In this document: piece by piece, positions 20,117 through 29,989 of the stretch
How positions within the stretch are numbered: the first letter of the stretch is position 1
Layout of the letters: every line of letters begins with the position of its first letter
Source of the DNA: a candidate division WOR-3 bacterium
Lineage (GTDB): Bacteria > Hydrothermota > Tepidihabitantia > SM23-42 > CAYGYG01
Assembly (NCBI GenBank): GCA_965648915.1
Contig: CBFGIV010000012.1
Coordinates: 1-56,319 of the forward strand
Length of the DNA: 56,319 nucleotides
Direction of reading: 5' to 3'
Program-made: the position numbers and the translations under genes
Notes under the pieces: generated by a model
Databases searched by the model: none
Told to the model about the DNA's origin: nothing
What the model saw: only the letters and a program-made list of their open reading frames with translations

Positions 20117-21324
20117 ATTTGGACAAATATCTCTTTCTTAAGCCGGGCCACCATTTGATCCCACTTTTCCTTTAATTTGAGTTGATAAAGATAGGCGGAG
20201 AGTTGATCTTTTATTTCATCAAAAGATAAGATCTGCGCCGGGATTCGTTCCGAAACAAATATAATATGATAACCGATAGGAGTGAGAAAAGGTTCACTTG
20301 CCTGCCCGGCCGGAGTCTTTTTTACAACTTGGTCAAAAGGGGGACGGATCTGGTCTTCAATATATTCCCCGAGATCAATCTCTGACTCGTCAGAATATTT
20401 TTTGGCCAGAAACGTAAATGTGCTCTCATCCTGGATCTGGTGATAGATTCTGTAACCAAGGTCGCGCGTCTGATTTGAATCCTGAGATGTGGGGCGGACC
20501 CTGATAAGGATCTGACGGAGGAGAATTGACTCTTTGTCACGGGTCAAGACCTCAACAATATGAAATCCCAGTCTGGTCTGGAAAGGAGGACTGACTTCGC
20601 CCGGATTTAACTTCCATACCACCTTTTCGAACTCTTCGAACATTTCACCCTTCCGGATCTTACCGAGCATCCCACCGCGTCTTCGTGAATTTTCATCTTC
20701 TGAAAATTCACGGGCCAGAGTAGGGAAATCGCCGCCGCTCTCTAACAGTCGTTTAACTTCTTGAATGCGCCGGGCCGCTTCGCGCACCGTCTCTTCTCCT
20801 GGTTTGATGTAAAGCATAATGTGTTTGACCCGAACCGTTGTTGGTTTCAGGGCGATTGAATCGCGATTTTCATCGTAGAATTTCTTAAGCTCGGTTGGGC
20901 TTATTGTAATGGTTGGAGCAATCTTACGCTCAATCAATTTCTGGACAAGTATCTTTTCCCGTGCATCTTTGCGGGAGCGGTTTTTTAATTCTTCAACGGT
21001 TAGACCTTCTTCTTTTAAGGCGGCATCAAAGGCCTCGCGGTTAGGGAATCTTTTAATAATTTCATTTATCGTCTGTTCGAGTTGATATTCGATTTCTTCG
21101 CGGGAGACGGTCAAAGACTCTTTTTCAGCTTCCTGAAGCAGGAGATTTCGTTCGATTGCTTCGGTCAGGATTTTATCTTTTAATTCCTCACGGCTTAAGC
21201 CGAGTTGAAGACTGAGATAAGTTGAAGCCTCTTCAACTTCGTGTTCAAGGATTATATTATTACCGATCTTAGCAACGATGCGGTCGGCGATACCGGATAT
21301 TAAGAAAAGGAAGAGGATGCTCAT
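20101..21324 (-). CDS. surA: SurA-like chaperone / parvulin PPIase
   Basis: DRIVAKIGNNIIL SurA N-domain; two parvulin domains (KHIML, FPTLAREFSED, GFHIV). Confidence 0.82.
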   Translation of the reverse strand: MSILFLFLISGIADRIVAKIGNNIILEHEVEEASTYLSLQLGLSREELKDKILTEAIERNLLLQEAEKESLTVSREEIEYQLEQTINEIIKRFPNREAFDAALKEEGLTVEELKNRSRKDAREKILVQKLIERKIAPTITISPTELKKFYDENRDSIALKPTTVRVKHIMLYIKPGEETVREAARRIQEVKRLLESGGDFPTLAREFSEDENSRRRGGMLGKIRKGEMFEEFEKVVWKLNPGEVSPPFQTRLGFHIVEVLTRDKESILLRQILIRVRPTSQDSNQTRDLGYRIYHQIQDESTFTFLAKKYSDESEIDLGEYIEDQIRPPFDQVVKKTPAGQASEPFLTPIGYHIIFVSERIPAQILSFDEIKDQLSAYLYQLKLKEKWDQMVARLKKEIFVQIWEKQ

Positions 21325-22130
21325 TTAGGGAAAAGTTCCGGATGGATCTCCAGTTTGTAGACGGTCTTCAGTTGTTTACTGAGCGCATTCAGCACTTCGC
21401 GTTTCCGGGTAATTTCAAGAACACGATTCTGGATATAGTCCTTAACATCATAATAATTAATGTTTTCTCTTATTTTCTTCCGATCGAGTACTTTAACAAT
21501 AATGAAGACACCTTCTGGGGTAGGTATGACATCCGAGACCTCGCCAACTTTAAGGGCAAAGACCTTCTCTTCGATGTCCGGGATATAATCGCCGCGGGTG
21601 AAATAATCGGTAACACCATTTGGGTTTCGTTCCCTAACCAGAGATTTGGCCCGGGCCAGTTTCATAAAATCGGCGCCGGCTTTAATCTCTTCCAGTGTGG
21701 TTTGGGCCTCGTGGATGGTTGGTAAAATTATCTGGCTTACTTTGATGGCGTATAGGAATTCGTCTTTGTGTTGATCGAAGTATTTACGAACTTCATCCTC
21801 AGTAATAGTAATTTTGCTGAACTCTCTCATCTTTAGCGCTTCGGCGAGGATCCGTTTAGTGTAGATCTTGATTAATAGTTGCACCGAATCTTCTTTATCG
21901 ATACCCTGTTTTTTTGCTTCGAGGTAGAACATCTCATTTTCCGCCCAACTGTTTATGAAATTGTCAATGTCATTAGCGGTCATCATCCTGCGATATTCGG
22001 GCGGAATCTGAAGGTCGATCTCACGGGCGGTAAGGGTAGAACCATCGACCCGGGCGACAACCTTATCATCTTTCCTTGCACAGAAACAGAGCAGGAGAGT
22101 CATTATGGTTATTATAACTCTTTTTTTCAT
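21321..22130 (-). CDS. PrsA/PpiC-type peptidylprolyl isomerase lipoprotein
   Basis: Signal with Cys, VVARVDG, GADFMKLA, VFALKVGEVSDVI. Confidence 0.78.
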   Translation of the reverse strand: MKKRVIITIMTLLLCFCARKDDKVVARVDGSTLTAREIDLQIPPEYRRMMTANDIDNFINSWAENEMFYLEAKKQGIDKEDSVQLLIKIYTKRILAEALKMREFSKITITEDEVRKYFDQHKDEFLYAIKVSQIILPTIHEAQTTLEEIKAGADFMKLARAKSLVRERNPNGVTDYFTRGDYIPDIEEKVFALKVGEVSDVIPTPEGVFIIVKVLDRKKIRENINYYDVKDYIQNRVLEITRKREVLNALSKQLKTVYKLEIHPELFPK

Positions 22131-22132
22131 TT

Positions 22133-23401
22133 CTACTCCTTCGGAAGTTTGGCCAGGATTTTTTCACTTAATTTAATGGGGTATTCATTTTTGAGTTCGT
22201 TTAATAATTTGACCCGGGTCGAAGCAACTTTTTGGGTCCAGAGCATAGTCCAGATTTCACTCCAGGAATCTTTCAGGGGCTTTTTGAATTCAGATTTATG
22301 TTCTTGATAATAAGCATTGATTTCGGCCGAATCGATACGGATTTGACTCAGGACTTCCTGATCATAAAACTTCTGGCTGATTAATTCTTCCTGTCCGTCT
22401 TTTATTTTAAGGATAAATTCTCTTTTCCGGTCTATATTTCGGCGCAGGGCCTCATCACAGAGAAGGTCAGTCTGGAGTTCACGTTGAACCAGCATTTTCG
22501 GGTCGAATCCGTAAAGATCGTAGAGGCGTTTGATTGTCGGGCGTAGTGTCCTAACTTTTACGATCTTATTTTTGTATTTTTTGACCAGCCATTCTTCGAG
22601 ATCGCCGGGGGTAAGCTCAGAATCTGGTTTAATGATTACCTCCAGTCCCCGGGGGTTGTATTCGATTGCTGCTTTTTTGAATATCCAATCAATAAATTCA
22701 CATGCCAGTTGATTTTTTTGTTCGACTTCCAATCTTTTCTTGATCTCTTCCTGGACCTGGTCAAATGGTGGGAGGTCGGCCTCTTTATGCTCGATTACCT
22801 TGACAATCAAGAATTTACCCTGAAAAGGGAATGGTTTGGTAGTCCCGCCGTCGGGTAAATCTTTTATACGTTGATAGATCTCAGGATTGATTGATTGAAC
22901 CGCCTGAAACCCGATGTTACCACCATACATCTTTGAATTATCATCGATTGAATATTTAACCGCCAGTGTCTCAAAGGGCTCATTCTTTGTTATTTTCTGA
23001 TAAACCATCTGAGCCGACGCTTCGTCATTGACGACAATTTGCGCCAGATGGTATTGATCTTTAATTTTATTGTAGAAATTTTTGATCTTATCGGGCTGGA
23101 TACGGACGCGTTTATTAACCACTTCATCATAAAGAAATTCCAGCAGGATCCCTTTGCGGTAAACATCTAAACCGCGGATCACTGCCGAGTCCTGGTCGAG
23201 ATTCAGGGCCTTGCCCTTAAGCGCAAAGAGTTTCTTTTCGAGCAGTTCATCAAAGCGGGCTTTATCGATAATCGTGTCCCCATAGCGTCGCTGATATTCA
23301 GATAAGCGCACCGACTCCTGTCCAATAGTAAACAGAACCTCACTCCGGTCCTGATAACAACTTAAGAATAAAAAGAGGAAAAGCAAAGTTAGTCTCTTCA
23401 T
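22133..23401 (-). CDS. PrsA/PpiC-type peptidylprolyl isomerase lipoprotein
   Basis: GGAGG SD; lipobox FLSC; FETLAVKYSID..SK..GGNIG. Confidence 0.78.
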   Translation of the reverse strand: MKRLTLLFLFLFLSCYQDRSEVLFTIGQESVRLSEYQRRYGDTIIDKARFDELLEKKLFALKGKALNLDQDSAVIRGLDVYRKGILLEFLYDEVVNKRVRIQPDKIKNFYNKIKDQYHLAQIVVNDEASAQMVYQKITKNEPFETLAVKYSIDDNSKMYGGNIGFQAVQSINPEIYQRIKDLPDGGTTKPFPFQGKFLIVKVIEHKEADLPPFDQVQEEIKKRLEVEQKNQLACEFIDWIFKKAAIEYNPRGLEVIIKPDSELTPGDLEEWLVKKYKNKIVKVRTLRPTIKRLYDLYGFDPKMLVQRELQTDLLCDEALRRNIDRKREFILKIKDGQEELISQKFYDQEVLSQIRIDSAEINAYYQEHKSEFKKPLKDSWSEIWTMLWTQKVASTRVKLLNELKNEYPIKLSEKILAKLPKE

Positions 23402-23479
23402 AATTATTTACCTCCTTGAGGTTAATAAATCCAGTAGATAGAATGGATCGAGAAAACAAACCCGATACTGTCCAGAATC

Positions 23480-23507
23480 ATTGTAGTCATTATTTAATAA
23501 AAGTCAA
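23480..23507 (-). promoter_or_regulatory. sigma70-type promoter of the PPIase-pdxA-ftsEX-envC-holB operon
   Basis: Minus strand TTGACT-N16-TACAAT. Confidence 0.7.
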
Positions 23508-23544
23508 TGTAAAATTGTGGGGTGATTATTTTTTAAGAGTTAAG

Positions 23545-23579
23545 AATAAAATAACGGGCTCAGGTTTACCTGAGCCCGT
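23545..23579 (-). terminator. Intrinsic terminator
   Basis: Perfect inverted repeat ACGGGCTCAGGT-tt-ACCTGAGCCCGT (23554-23579) with minus-strand T-rich tail. Confidence 0.85.
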
Positions 23580-23608
23580 CACTTCTTTAATGAGTAAGAA
23601 TTAAAAGT

Positions 23609-25291
23609 TTAATGGCTTACAACCAATTTCTTGGTCACAACTCGGGCCTGTGTATTGAGTTGGTAAAAGTAGACACCAGATTTCACTGGTTGACCATTCT
23701 GATCTTTACCATCCCAGATTAAACTGTAGGATCCGGCTGGTAGATTTTCGTCTCGCAGACATTTTACCAGACTGCCTTTTCCATCATAGACCCTTAATAT
23801 AGTGTGCGAAGGTTTATCAAGATAGAAGACAATCTTGGTTCCATTAACAACCGGATTGGGGGCATTCTGGTTCAGGACAAATCGGCTCTGTTCCCATCGA
23901 TTCCTGGCCACTCCATCTTCGACTGCGCCGAGGCCGGGTAAAGGTCTTCGGGCTGCAGCAATATAACTCCAGGATGTTCGGTTATTACGATGATCCGACC
24001 ATTCACAATAGACATAATTGGTATCGCATCCTATCTGTTGATAATCACCCATCTGGGATGAAGTGGATGATGTATAGATTGGGGTTACATCATTGACTCG
24101 CTCGTTCGGTCGCCAGGTCGCGCCGCCATCGGTCGAATAACTGTAGTAGACATCGCCCGAATTGGTTGGATAATAGTTTCTGGAATCATACCAGAAGACA
24201 TGGGGCCGGTTATAGCGGTCGATGGCGATCCAGGAACAGTATTGATCAGAGTCGGTATTATTATCATCATTTACCCGGACCGGTGCAGACCAGGTATTAC
24301 CCTCATCGGTTGAAGTCAGAACGCAGATATCCCAACCCGCACCCTGCATACTATTCTGGACTGTAACATATATCTTACCATTACGATCTACCTCCATCGC
24401 TGGAAAGGTATGGTTAGCGCGCCAGCCTGAAAGATGACTCGAAGTAGTGATGGCCAGAATCTGACGCGGTGGAGTCCAGGTTGCACCAAAATCGGTTGAC
24501 CTGCTGAACCAGATTGAAGTAGGAACCCAGGAGGCAGGTTGTCCCCAGACGCAGTAGACATGGTTATTAACCGGGTTTATGGCGGGGCAGGATCCCTGAC
24601 CATCGCTGGTAGAAACATTTACATCGCCGCTATTCCAGGTTCGACCCCAGTCAGATGATCGACACATCCTGATCCAGTGGGTCTGACCAGAGGTGAAGTT
24701 GGTGTAACTACAATACATATAACGGCCGAGAGTCTTAAACATAGGTTTATCACAGAATGTGCTTGTGCCCCGGTCGACCCGGAAGGTATCACTCCAGGTC
24801 GCCCCATAATCGGATGAATATCTCATATAAAGACTGTATTGACCGCTAACATTATTTATCGCTAAGTTGTAGCAGGAGTCCCGACCATTGCCGTGAATAC
24901 AGACATCGACCCAGAACCAACCAGGGTGGTCATACAGAGCGGTATAAGTCTGTCCTGAGTTTGTGCTTCTTGCCCAGCGACATTGCCATTGACTGCCGGT
25001 GTAGTAATTATAGCCAAGGATAATTGCTCCGGGTTGACTGCCACCCTGTTTAACAACAAATAATGCTCCATCCGGCGGATTGGAGTAGTCCATACTGTCA
25101 GCCAGCACATTTGCGAGCCATGGCGGGTCGAAGGAACTGAAAGTCTGCCGATGGGGGACGGGAATAGATACCGGGCATTCTTGGCCCTGGGTGGGAATCG
25201 TTGGTTGCACAATGTCGGCGGTTAAGAATATTGGTGTGAGAAAAAGCACCAATATCGAAAGGGCGTTATACATTTTTTTAGATTTTAGCAT
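23609..25291 (-). CDS. Secreted BNR/Asp-box (sialidase-like) beta-propeller with FlgD-Ig/T9SS-like C-terminal domain
   Basis: Repeated SxDxGxTW boxes; LNQNAPNP...WDGKDQNGQPVKSGVYFYQL...KKLVV; SD GGAG before ATG 25291. Confidence 0.82.
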   Translation of the reverse strand: MLKSKKMYNALSILVLFLTPIFLTADIVQPTIPTQGQECPVSIPVPHRQTFSSFDPPWLANVLADSMDYSNPPDGALFVVKQGGSQPGAIILGYNYYTGSQWQCRWARSTNSGQTYTALYDHPGWFWVDVCIHGNGRDSCYNLAINNVSGQYSLYMRYSSDYGATWSDTFRVDRGTSTFCDKPMFKTLGRYMYCSYTNFTSGQTHWIRMCRSSDWGRTWNSGDVNVSTSDGQGSCPAINPVNNHVYCVWGQPASWVPTSIWFSRSTDFGATWTPPRQILAITTSSHLSGWRANHTFPAMEVDRNGKIYVTVQNSMQGAGWDICVLTSTDEGNTWSAPVRVNDDNNTDSDQYCSWIAIDRYNRPHVFWYDSRNYYPTNSGDVYYSYSTDGGATWRPNERVNDVTPIYTSSTSSQMGDYQQIGCDTNYVYCEWSDHRNNRTSWSYIAAARRPLPGLGAVEDGVARNRWEQSRFVLNQNAPNPVVNGTKIVFYLDKPSHTILRVYDGKGSLVKCLRDENLPAGSYSLIWDGKDQNGQPVKSGVYFYQLNTQARVVTKKLVVSH

Positions 25292-25361
25292 ACTGACTCC
25301 TTGTTTATGGTTGTGCCAACACCCGTTAGTCTCCATAGAAATTCATAGGAACACGGAACAA

Positions 25362-25389
25362 ACTATAATCATTTAAGCTATCTTGTCAA
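25362..25389 (-). promoter_or_regulatory. sigma70-type promoter
   Basis: Minus strand TTGACA-N16-TATAGT. Confidence 0.7.
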
Positions 25390-25454
25390 TCTTTTTTATT
25401 ATTTCTGACATATCACGCCGGTCCGGGATTTCCCTTTCGGGCCGTAATTATCTC

Positions 25455-25482
25455 TGGACAGAATAAAAAAATTATTTAAAAT
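25455..25482 (+). promoter_or_regulatory. sigma70-type promoter
   Basis: TGGACA-N16-TAAAAT. Confidence 0.6.
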
Positions 25483-25502
25483 ATACTGGGACAGGAGGTG
25501 TT

Positions 25503-25802
25503 ATGCCTGTATACGAATATCAGTGCGAAAATTGTAATAAAGTCTTCGAGATTATTGCCTCAATAAAGGAGAAAGATAAGGGACTGGAGGTTTCCTGCCC
25601 TGAATGTAAAAGCCTGAAGGTTTTTCAAATATTCAGAAAGATTAATATCGTTACATCCTCAAAAGTAGAAAGTGACGATTTCGGACCGGATCTGGATAAG
25701 ATCCCTGAACCTGAGGAGACGGGTGGCGAAGAAGCGATGCCAGATCTGGGAGAACCGGGTGGGGAGGATTTGACCGACTTAGAAGATTCTGAAGAGATTT
25801 AG
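25503..25802 (+). CDS. FmdB-family zinc ribbon protein with acidic tail
   Basis: MPVYEYQCENC..FE...CPEC; AGGAGG SD. Confidence 0.88.
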   Translation: MPVYEYQCENCNKVFEIIASIKEKDKGLEVSCPECKSLKVFQIFRKINIVTSSKVESDDFGPDLDKIPEPEETGGEEAMPDLGEPGGEDLTDLEDSEEI

Positions 25803-25885
25803 CCATTTAAGATACCAATGCTGGGATTAGCCTTGAGTAAGTGAGATATAAGTGAATAATTGGTGTAAGAGATTAATTTTTCCTA

Positions 25886-25913
25886 TTGACAATAAAGTAA
25901 AAAAATATATAAT
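25886..25913 (+). promoter_or_regulatory. sigma70-type promoter
   Basis: TTGACA-N16-TATAAT. Confidence 0.8.
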
Positions 25914-25922
25914 TGGTCTCGT

Positions 25923-26126
25923 GTGGAGCCCGTAGTGGATAATCTAAGTCAATTGGAAGACAGAGTTAAAAAGATGATCTCGACAATTCTCGAATTGAAA
26001 GAGAGAGTTAGTACACTCGAATCGGAGAATAAGAAGCTCTTTGAAATAAAGGCTGAAATATCAAAGCGTGTTGATTCTATCATTAAAAAGTTAAGTCTTT
26101 TGCCCGATGAAGACAAGGGAGCCTAA
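25923..26126 (+). CDS. ZapB-like coiled-coil protein
   Basis: Short coiled coil LSQLEDRVKKMI directly upstream of zapA. Confidence 0.7.
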   Translation: MEPVVDNLSQLEDRVKKMISTILELKERVSTLESENKKLFEIKAEISKRVDSIIKKLSLLPDEDKGA

Positions 26127-26411
26127 GTGGATAAAAGTGAGGTAGTGCAAATATTTGGTAGCGAATATCGAATTAAGTCTGATGTCGATGGTGAGCGGAT
26201 AAAGAAAATTGCCCGGATTGTGGATGAACGTATGAGGGAAGTTCACAAGCAGTTTCCGACGCCCTCAACCACAAAGATAGCTGTTTTAGCATTTTTAAAT
26301 TTTGTTGAAGAATATTTGGGTAAAATTGAAGAGAATGAAAAATTTGAGAATGCTTTTAAGGAAAGAATAAATTCGCTCATTGAAAGTATCGATAAGGTTT
26401 TGAAAACTTAG
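26127..26411 (+). CDS. zapA: Cell division protein ZapA
   Basis: VQIFGSEY.I, IARIVDERM, KIAVLAFLN. Confidence 0.9.
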   Translation: MDKSEVVQIFGSEYRIKSDVDGERIKKIARIVDERMREVHKQFPTPSTTKIAVLAFLNFVEEYLGKIEENEKFENAFKERINSLIESIDKVLKT

Positions 26412-26413
26412 GT

Positions 26414-26580
26414 TTCCCTGCCGTGTTCGTGATAGATATTTAGTCTTGAGCCAACACCCACGATAAGGGAGCCGGGTTCGTTTACCTCGTGCCCTTACGG
26501 GCCTCAAGGGGTTCACGATAGGCACCCACTTTTTATCTGGGTTCAGAGACTTTTATCTACACGGCACAGTGCAGGGATTT
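26414..26580 (+). ncRNA. ssrS: 6S RNA
   Basis: Long hairpin with ends TCCCTGCCGTGTTCG / CACGGCACAGTGCAGGGA and internal CTTGAGCC / GGGTTCAG; typical zapA-6S-rny synteny. Confidence 0.88.
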
Positions 26581-26607
26581 TTATTATTAAATGTAAGGGA
26601 GGTCGAT

Positions 26608-28170
26608 ATGTCTATCCTATTATTAATTCTTGCTGGTTTTGGAATTTGTGCTCTCTTTTTTCTGTTAGGTATTTATGTCAATCAAAAATTTAACGAAGCC
26701 CGACTTCTTTCAAGTGAGAAACTTGCCCAGAAGATAATTCAGGAGGCACAGAAGGAGGCTGAGAACTATAAGAAGTCAGCATCAATTGCCGTTAAAGAAG
26801 AGTGGTACGAAGAAAAATTGAAGTTTGAAAAAGAGACCGTCAACAAGCGTAAGGATTTGGATCGAATTGAGAAACGTTTAATGGAGAAAGAGGTTGCGCT
26901 GGACCGGCGTAACAATATCCTTAACGAGAAAGAGAAAGAACTTATGACCAAGGAAAAGAACCTTCTGGCTAAAGAAAAGATCGTTCGGGTCAAGGCAGAA
27001 AGGCTCGATCAACTTATTAAAGAAGAGAATGAACGACTCGAGAGGATTTCGCTTATCAGCCCTCAGGAGGCAAAAGTTGAGTTGATGAAGAATCTCGAGG
27101 CTGAGGTCAGGAACGAGGCGGCGGCAATGATTAAAGAGATGCGGGACCGGGCCCGGGAGGAAGGAAAGAAGATTGCCACCGAGATCATTGCCCAGGCAAT
27201 CCAGCGTTGTGCGGTTTCTCAGGTTCTGGATTCAACCATCTCGGTTGTTGCTCTGCCGGCCGATGATATGAAAGGCCGGATTATCGGCCGCGAAGGTCGT
27301 AACATCCGTGCCTTCGAGAATGTGACCGGGGTAGAGGTTATTATCGACGATACACCGGGAGCAATTTCTCTCTCATCTTTCGATCCGATCCGCCGGGAAA
27401 TAGCCCGTATTGCAATGGAAAGATTAATCGCTGATTCCCGGATCCATCCATCACGGATTGAAGAGGTGGTGAGCAGGGTCAAAGAGGAGATGGATGAGAT
27501 AATTAAATCATCCGGGGAAGAGGCGGTTCTTGAATTGGGTATCGTAGGCCTCAATCCGGAAATTATCCGACACATCGGCCGAATGAAGTACCGGACGAGT
27601 TATGGACAGAATCTGCTTCAGCATTCCAAGGAAGTTGCTTATCTTGCCGGCCTTATGGCTCAGGAATTGGAACTTGATGTGGCGACCGCAAAAAGGGCAG
27701 GATTACTTCACGATCTGGGTAAGGTTGCGGCTATTAATCTTGAAGGATCACACTGTAAGATTGGTGCCGATCTGGCACGACGCTGCGGTGAATCCGAGAT
27801 TATTGTCAACGCGATTGAATCCCACCATGAAGAAGTCCCACCCGGTTCCCTCTATGCGGTTCTGATTGAAGCTGCCGATGCCCTGTCCGGTTCCCGACCA
27901 GGAGCACGACGGGAAAGTATCGAGGCGTATATTAAAAGACTTGAGAATCTTGAGGCGATAGCCAGCTCTTTTGATGGAGTTGAGAAGGCATTCGCCATTC
28001 AAGCCGGTCGGGAGATCCGGATTGTGGTCGAACCCGAAAAGATCGGCGATTTCCAGGCCCAGGAACTGGCTCTGGCAACTGCCAAGAAGATCGAAAATGA
28101 ATTGCAATATCCGGGGCAGATTAAGGTTACCGTAATAAGAGAGACCCGGGCTGTAGAATTTGCCAAATAG
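26608..28170 (+). CDS. rny: Ribonuclease Y
   Basis: N-terminal TM, coiled coil, KH domain MKGRIIGREGRNIR, HD domain RTSYGQN..HS, LLHDLGK. Confidence 0.97.
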   Translation: MSILLLILAGFGICALFFLLGIYVNQKFNEARLLSSEKLAQKIIQEAQKEAENYKKSASIAVKEEWYEEKLKFEKETVNKRKDLDRIEKRLMEKEVALDRRNNILNEKEKELMTKEKNLLAKEKIVRVKAERLDQLIKEENERLERISLISPQEAKVELMKNLEAEVRNEAAAMIKEMRDRAREEGKKIATEIIAQAIQRCAVSQVLDSTISVVALPADDMKGRIIGREGRNIRAFENVTGVEVIIDDTPGAISLSSFDPIRREIARIAMERLIADSRIHPSRIEEVVSRVKEEMDEIIKSSGEEAVLELGIVGLNPEIIRHIGRMKYRTSYGQNLLQHSKEVAYLAGLMAQELELDVATAKRAGLLHDLGKVAAINLEGSHCKIGADLARRCGESEIIVNAIESHHEEVPPGSLYAVLIEAADALSGSRPGARRESIEAYIKRLENLEAIASSFDGVEKAFAIQAGREIRIVVEPEKIGDFQAQELALATAKKIENELQYPGQIKVTVIRETRAVEFAK

Positions 28171-28189
28171 ATTTTTTAAACTTTTATTA

Positions 28190-28217
28190 TTGACAGATAA
28201 CAAATATTGAGTAAGAT
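28190..28217 (+). promoter_or_regulatory. sigma70-type promoter
   Basis: TTGACA-N16-TAAGAT. Confidence 0.65.
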
Positions 28218-28234
28218 TGTATTATGGAGGCTAT

Positions 28235-28576
28235 ATGAAGAAGATAAGCCTGGTAGTTCTTTCTGTTTTTCTTTTATCTCTGATTGTTACCCCCATCTAT
28301 GCACAGAGAGGGCCTCAGAAGCCCGAGCGGGGTGGTTGTATGTCCTGTATTGTCGCCCTTTTCTGGGTACCTTATAATTACGGCCTTCTCTATAACGAAG
28401 GTTACAAACTCGATATCCTTCGTTTTACTATAATCCCGATTATTCCTCAAATTATGTGGATTATTGACCTGGTCGATGCTTTTAGCGGTAAGACGCTGAC
28501 CGAGATTGAAATCTCCAAGGGCCTGCGTGACTCAGAATTCAAGGCCTGGCATAAGTATCAGGTAGAGAAACAATAG
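28235..28576 (+). CDS. Small exported/membrane hypothetical protein
   Basis: GGAGG SD, signal peptide, own promoter and terminator. Confidence 0.7.
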   Translation: MKKISLVVLSVFLLSLIVTPIYAQRGPQKPERGGCMSCIVALFWVPYNYGLLYNEGYKLDILRFTIIPIIPQIMWIIDLVDAFSGKTLTEIEISKGLRDSEFKAWHKYQVEKQ

Positions 28577-28582
28577 TCCTAA

Positions 28583-28607
28583 TAAGGGGGGCATTTTGCC
28601 CCCCTTA
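28583..28607 (+). terminator. Stem-loop / putative terminator
   Basis: TAAGGGGGGCA-ttt-TGCCCCCCTTA; no clear U-tract. Confidence 0.55.
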
Positions 28608-28619
28608 CCCTCAAATTCA

Positions 28620-29987
28620 ATGTCCAGCATACTGAATCCCGAAATATTTAGAGAATATGATATCCGTGGTATTGCGGATGTCGAACTTACTGATGAAAAG
28701 GTAAGAAGATTCGGTCAGGGGCTTGGGACATATTTCAGGTCATTAGATCAGAACCGGATCCTGGTAGGCAGGGATATTCGTTTAAGTTCACGACGGATAT
28801 TTAATGCCCTGACCAGGGGAATTTTAAAAACCGGGATTCATATAACCAACCTTGGGGTGGTGCCGACTCCACTATTCTATTTTTCTCTTTTTCATTACAA
28901 TATTCCATCAGGGGTTATGATTACCGCAAGTCATAACCCAAAAGAATTTAACGGCTTTAAGATAGCACTGGATAAGACAACGATCTTTGGCCCGGAGATT
29001 CAGAGGCTCCGTTCATTTATTGAAAGTGGTAAATTCTGTGAGGGAGAGGGGAAGATTGAAAATTCCAATCCGATTATACCTTATGTCAGTCTTCTGGTTC
29101 AGAAGGTCAAGATCAAGAAGAAGATAAAGGTTGCCTTTGATCCGGGTAATGGCACAGTCGGACCGGTTCTTAAGAAATTTGTTAAAGCACTAAATCTCGA
29201 TGCAACTATAATCAATGGTGAGCCAGATGGCAATTTCCCAAATCACCTGCCCGATCCGACGATCCCCGAATATATGGAAGAACTTAAACAGATTGTTATA
29301 GATCAGCATCTCGATCTCGGTGTTGGTTTTGACGGTGATGGTGACCGGATTGGTGTTATCGATGAGCAGGGGAATATTATCTGGGGAGATATCCTGCTGG
29401 CGATTTTTTCCAAACCTATCTTAAAGACCCATCCCGGTGCCAAAATCGTATGCGAAGTCAAATGTTCCGAAGGGCTTATTGAATTCGTAAAGGCAAATGG
29501 TGGTGTACCGATAATGTACAAGACTGGCCATTCTTTGATCAAAGCCAAGATGAAGGAGGAGTCGGCTTTGATTGCGGGTGAGATGTCAGGGCATATCTTC
29601 ATCAGTGACAATTACTTTGGTTTTGATGATGCAATCTTTGCGGCATTAAGACTGATTGAACTTTTAGGTCAGTCCGATCAGCCCCTTTCCCAACTTGCCA
29701 GTGAAGTGCCGAAGTATTTTTCGACCCCGGAGATTCGTGTGCCCTGCGCTGATGATCGGAAGTTTGAAATTACCAGGAGTCTGCGTGACTATTTTGCCTC
29801 GAGATATCGGGTGGTTGATATTGATGGCGTAAGAGTAGAATTCGCTGATGGCTGGGGGCTGGTTCGGGCATCAAATACTCAACCGGTCCTGGTTATGAGG
29901 TTTGAGGCCAAAAGCCAGAAAAGGCTACAAGAGATTCAGGATGAATTTAGCCAGGTTCTCAAACAGTATCTAAGAACGGGTGGTTAA
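28620..29987 (+). CDS. Phosphomannomutase/phosphoglucomutase (AlgC-like)
   Basis: IFREYDIRG, ITASHNP, FDGDGDR, GEMSGH, LVRASNTQP. Confidence 0.95.
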   Translation: MSSILNPEIFREYDIRGIADVELTDEKVRRFGQGLGTYFRSLDQNRILVGRDIRLSSRRIFNALTRGILKTGIHITNLGVVPTPLFYFSLFHYNIPSGVMITASHNPKEFNGFKIALDKTTIFGPEIQRLRSFIESGKFCEGEGKIENSNPIIPYVSLLVQKVKIKKKIKVAFDPGNGTVGPVLKKFVKALNLDATIINGEPDGNFPNHLPDPTIPEYMEELKQIVIDQHLDLGVGFDGDGDRIGVIDEQGNIIWGDILLAIFSKPILKTHPGAKIVCEVKCSEGLIEFVKANGGVPIMYKTGHSLIKAKMKEESALIAGEMSGHIFISDNYFGFDDAIFAALRLIELLGQSDQPLSQLASEVPKYFSTPEIRVPCADDRKFEITRSLRDYFASRYRVVDIDGVRVEFADGWGLVRASNTQPVLVMRFEAKSQKRLQEIQDEFSQVLKQYLRTGG

Positions 29988-29989
29988 TA

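Noticed and set aside
25418..25444. GC-rich hairpin between divergent promoters
   Set aside because: Several G-U pairs, no U-tract, and probably outside both transcripts
26295..26525. 76-aa minus-strand ORF
   Set aside because: Antisense to zapA and 6S RNA
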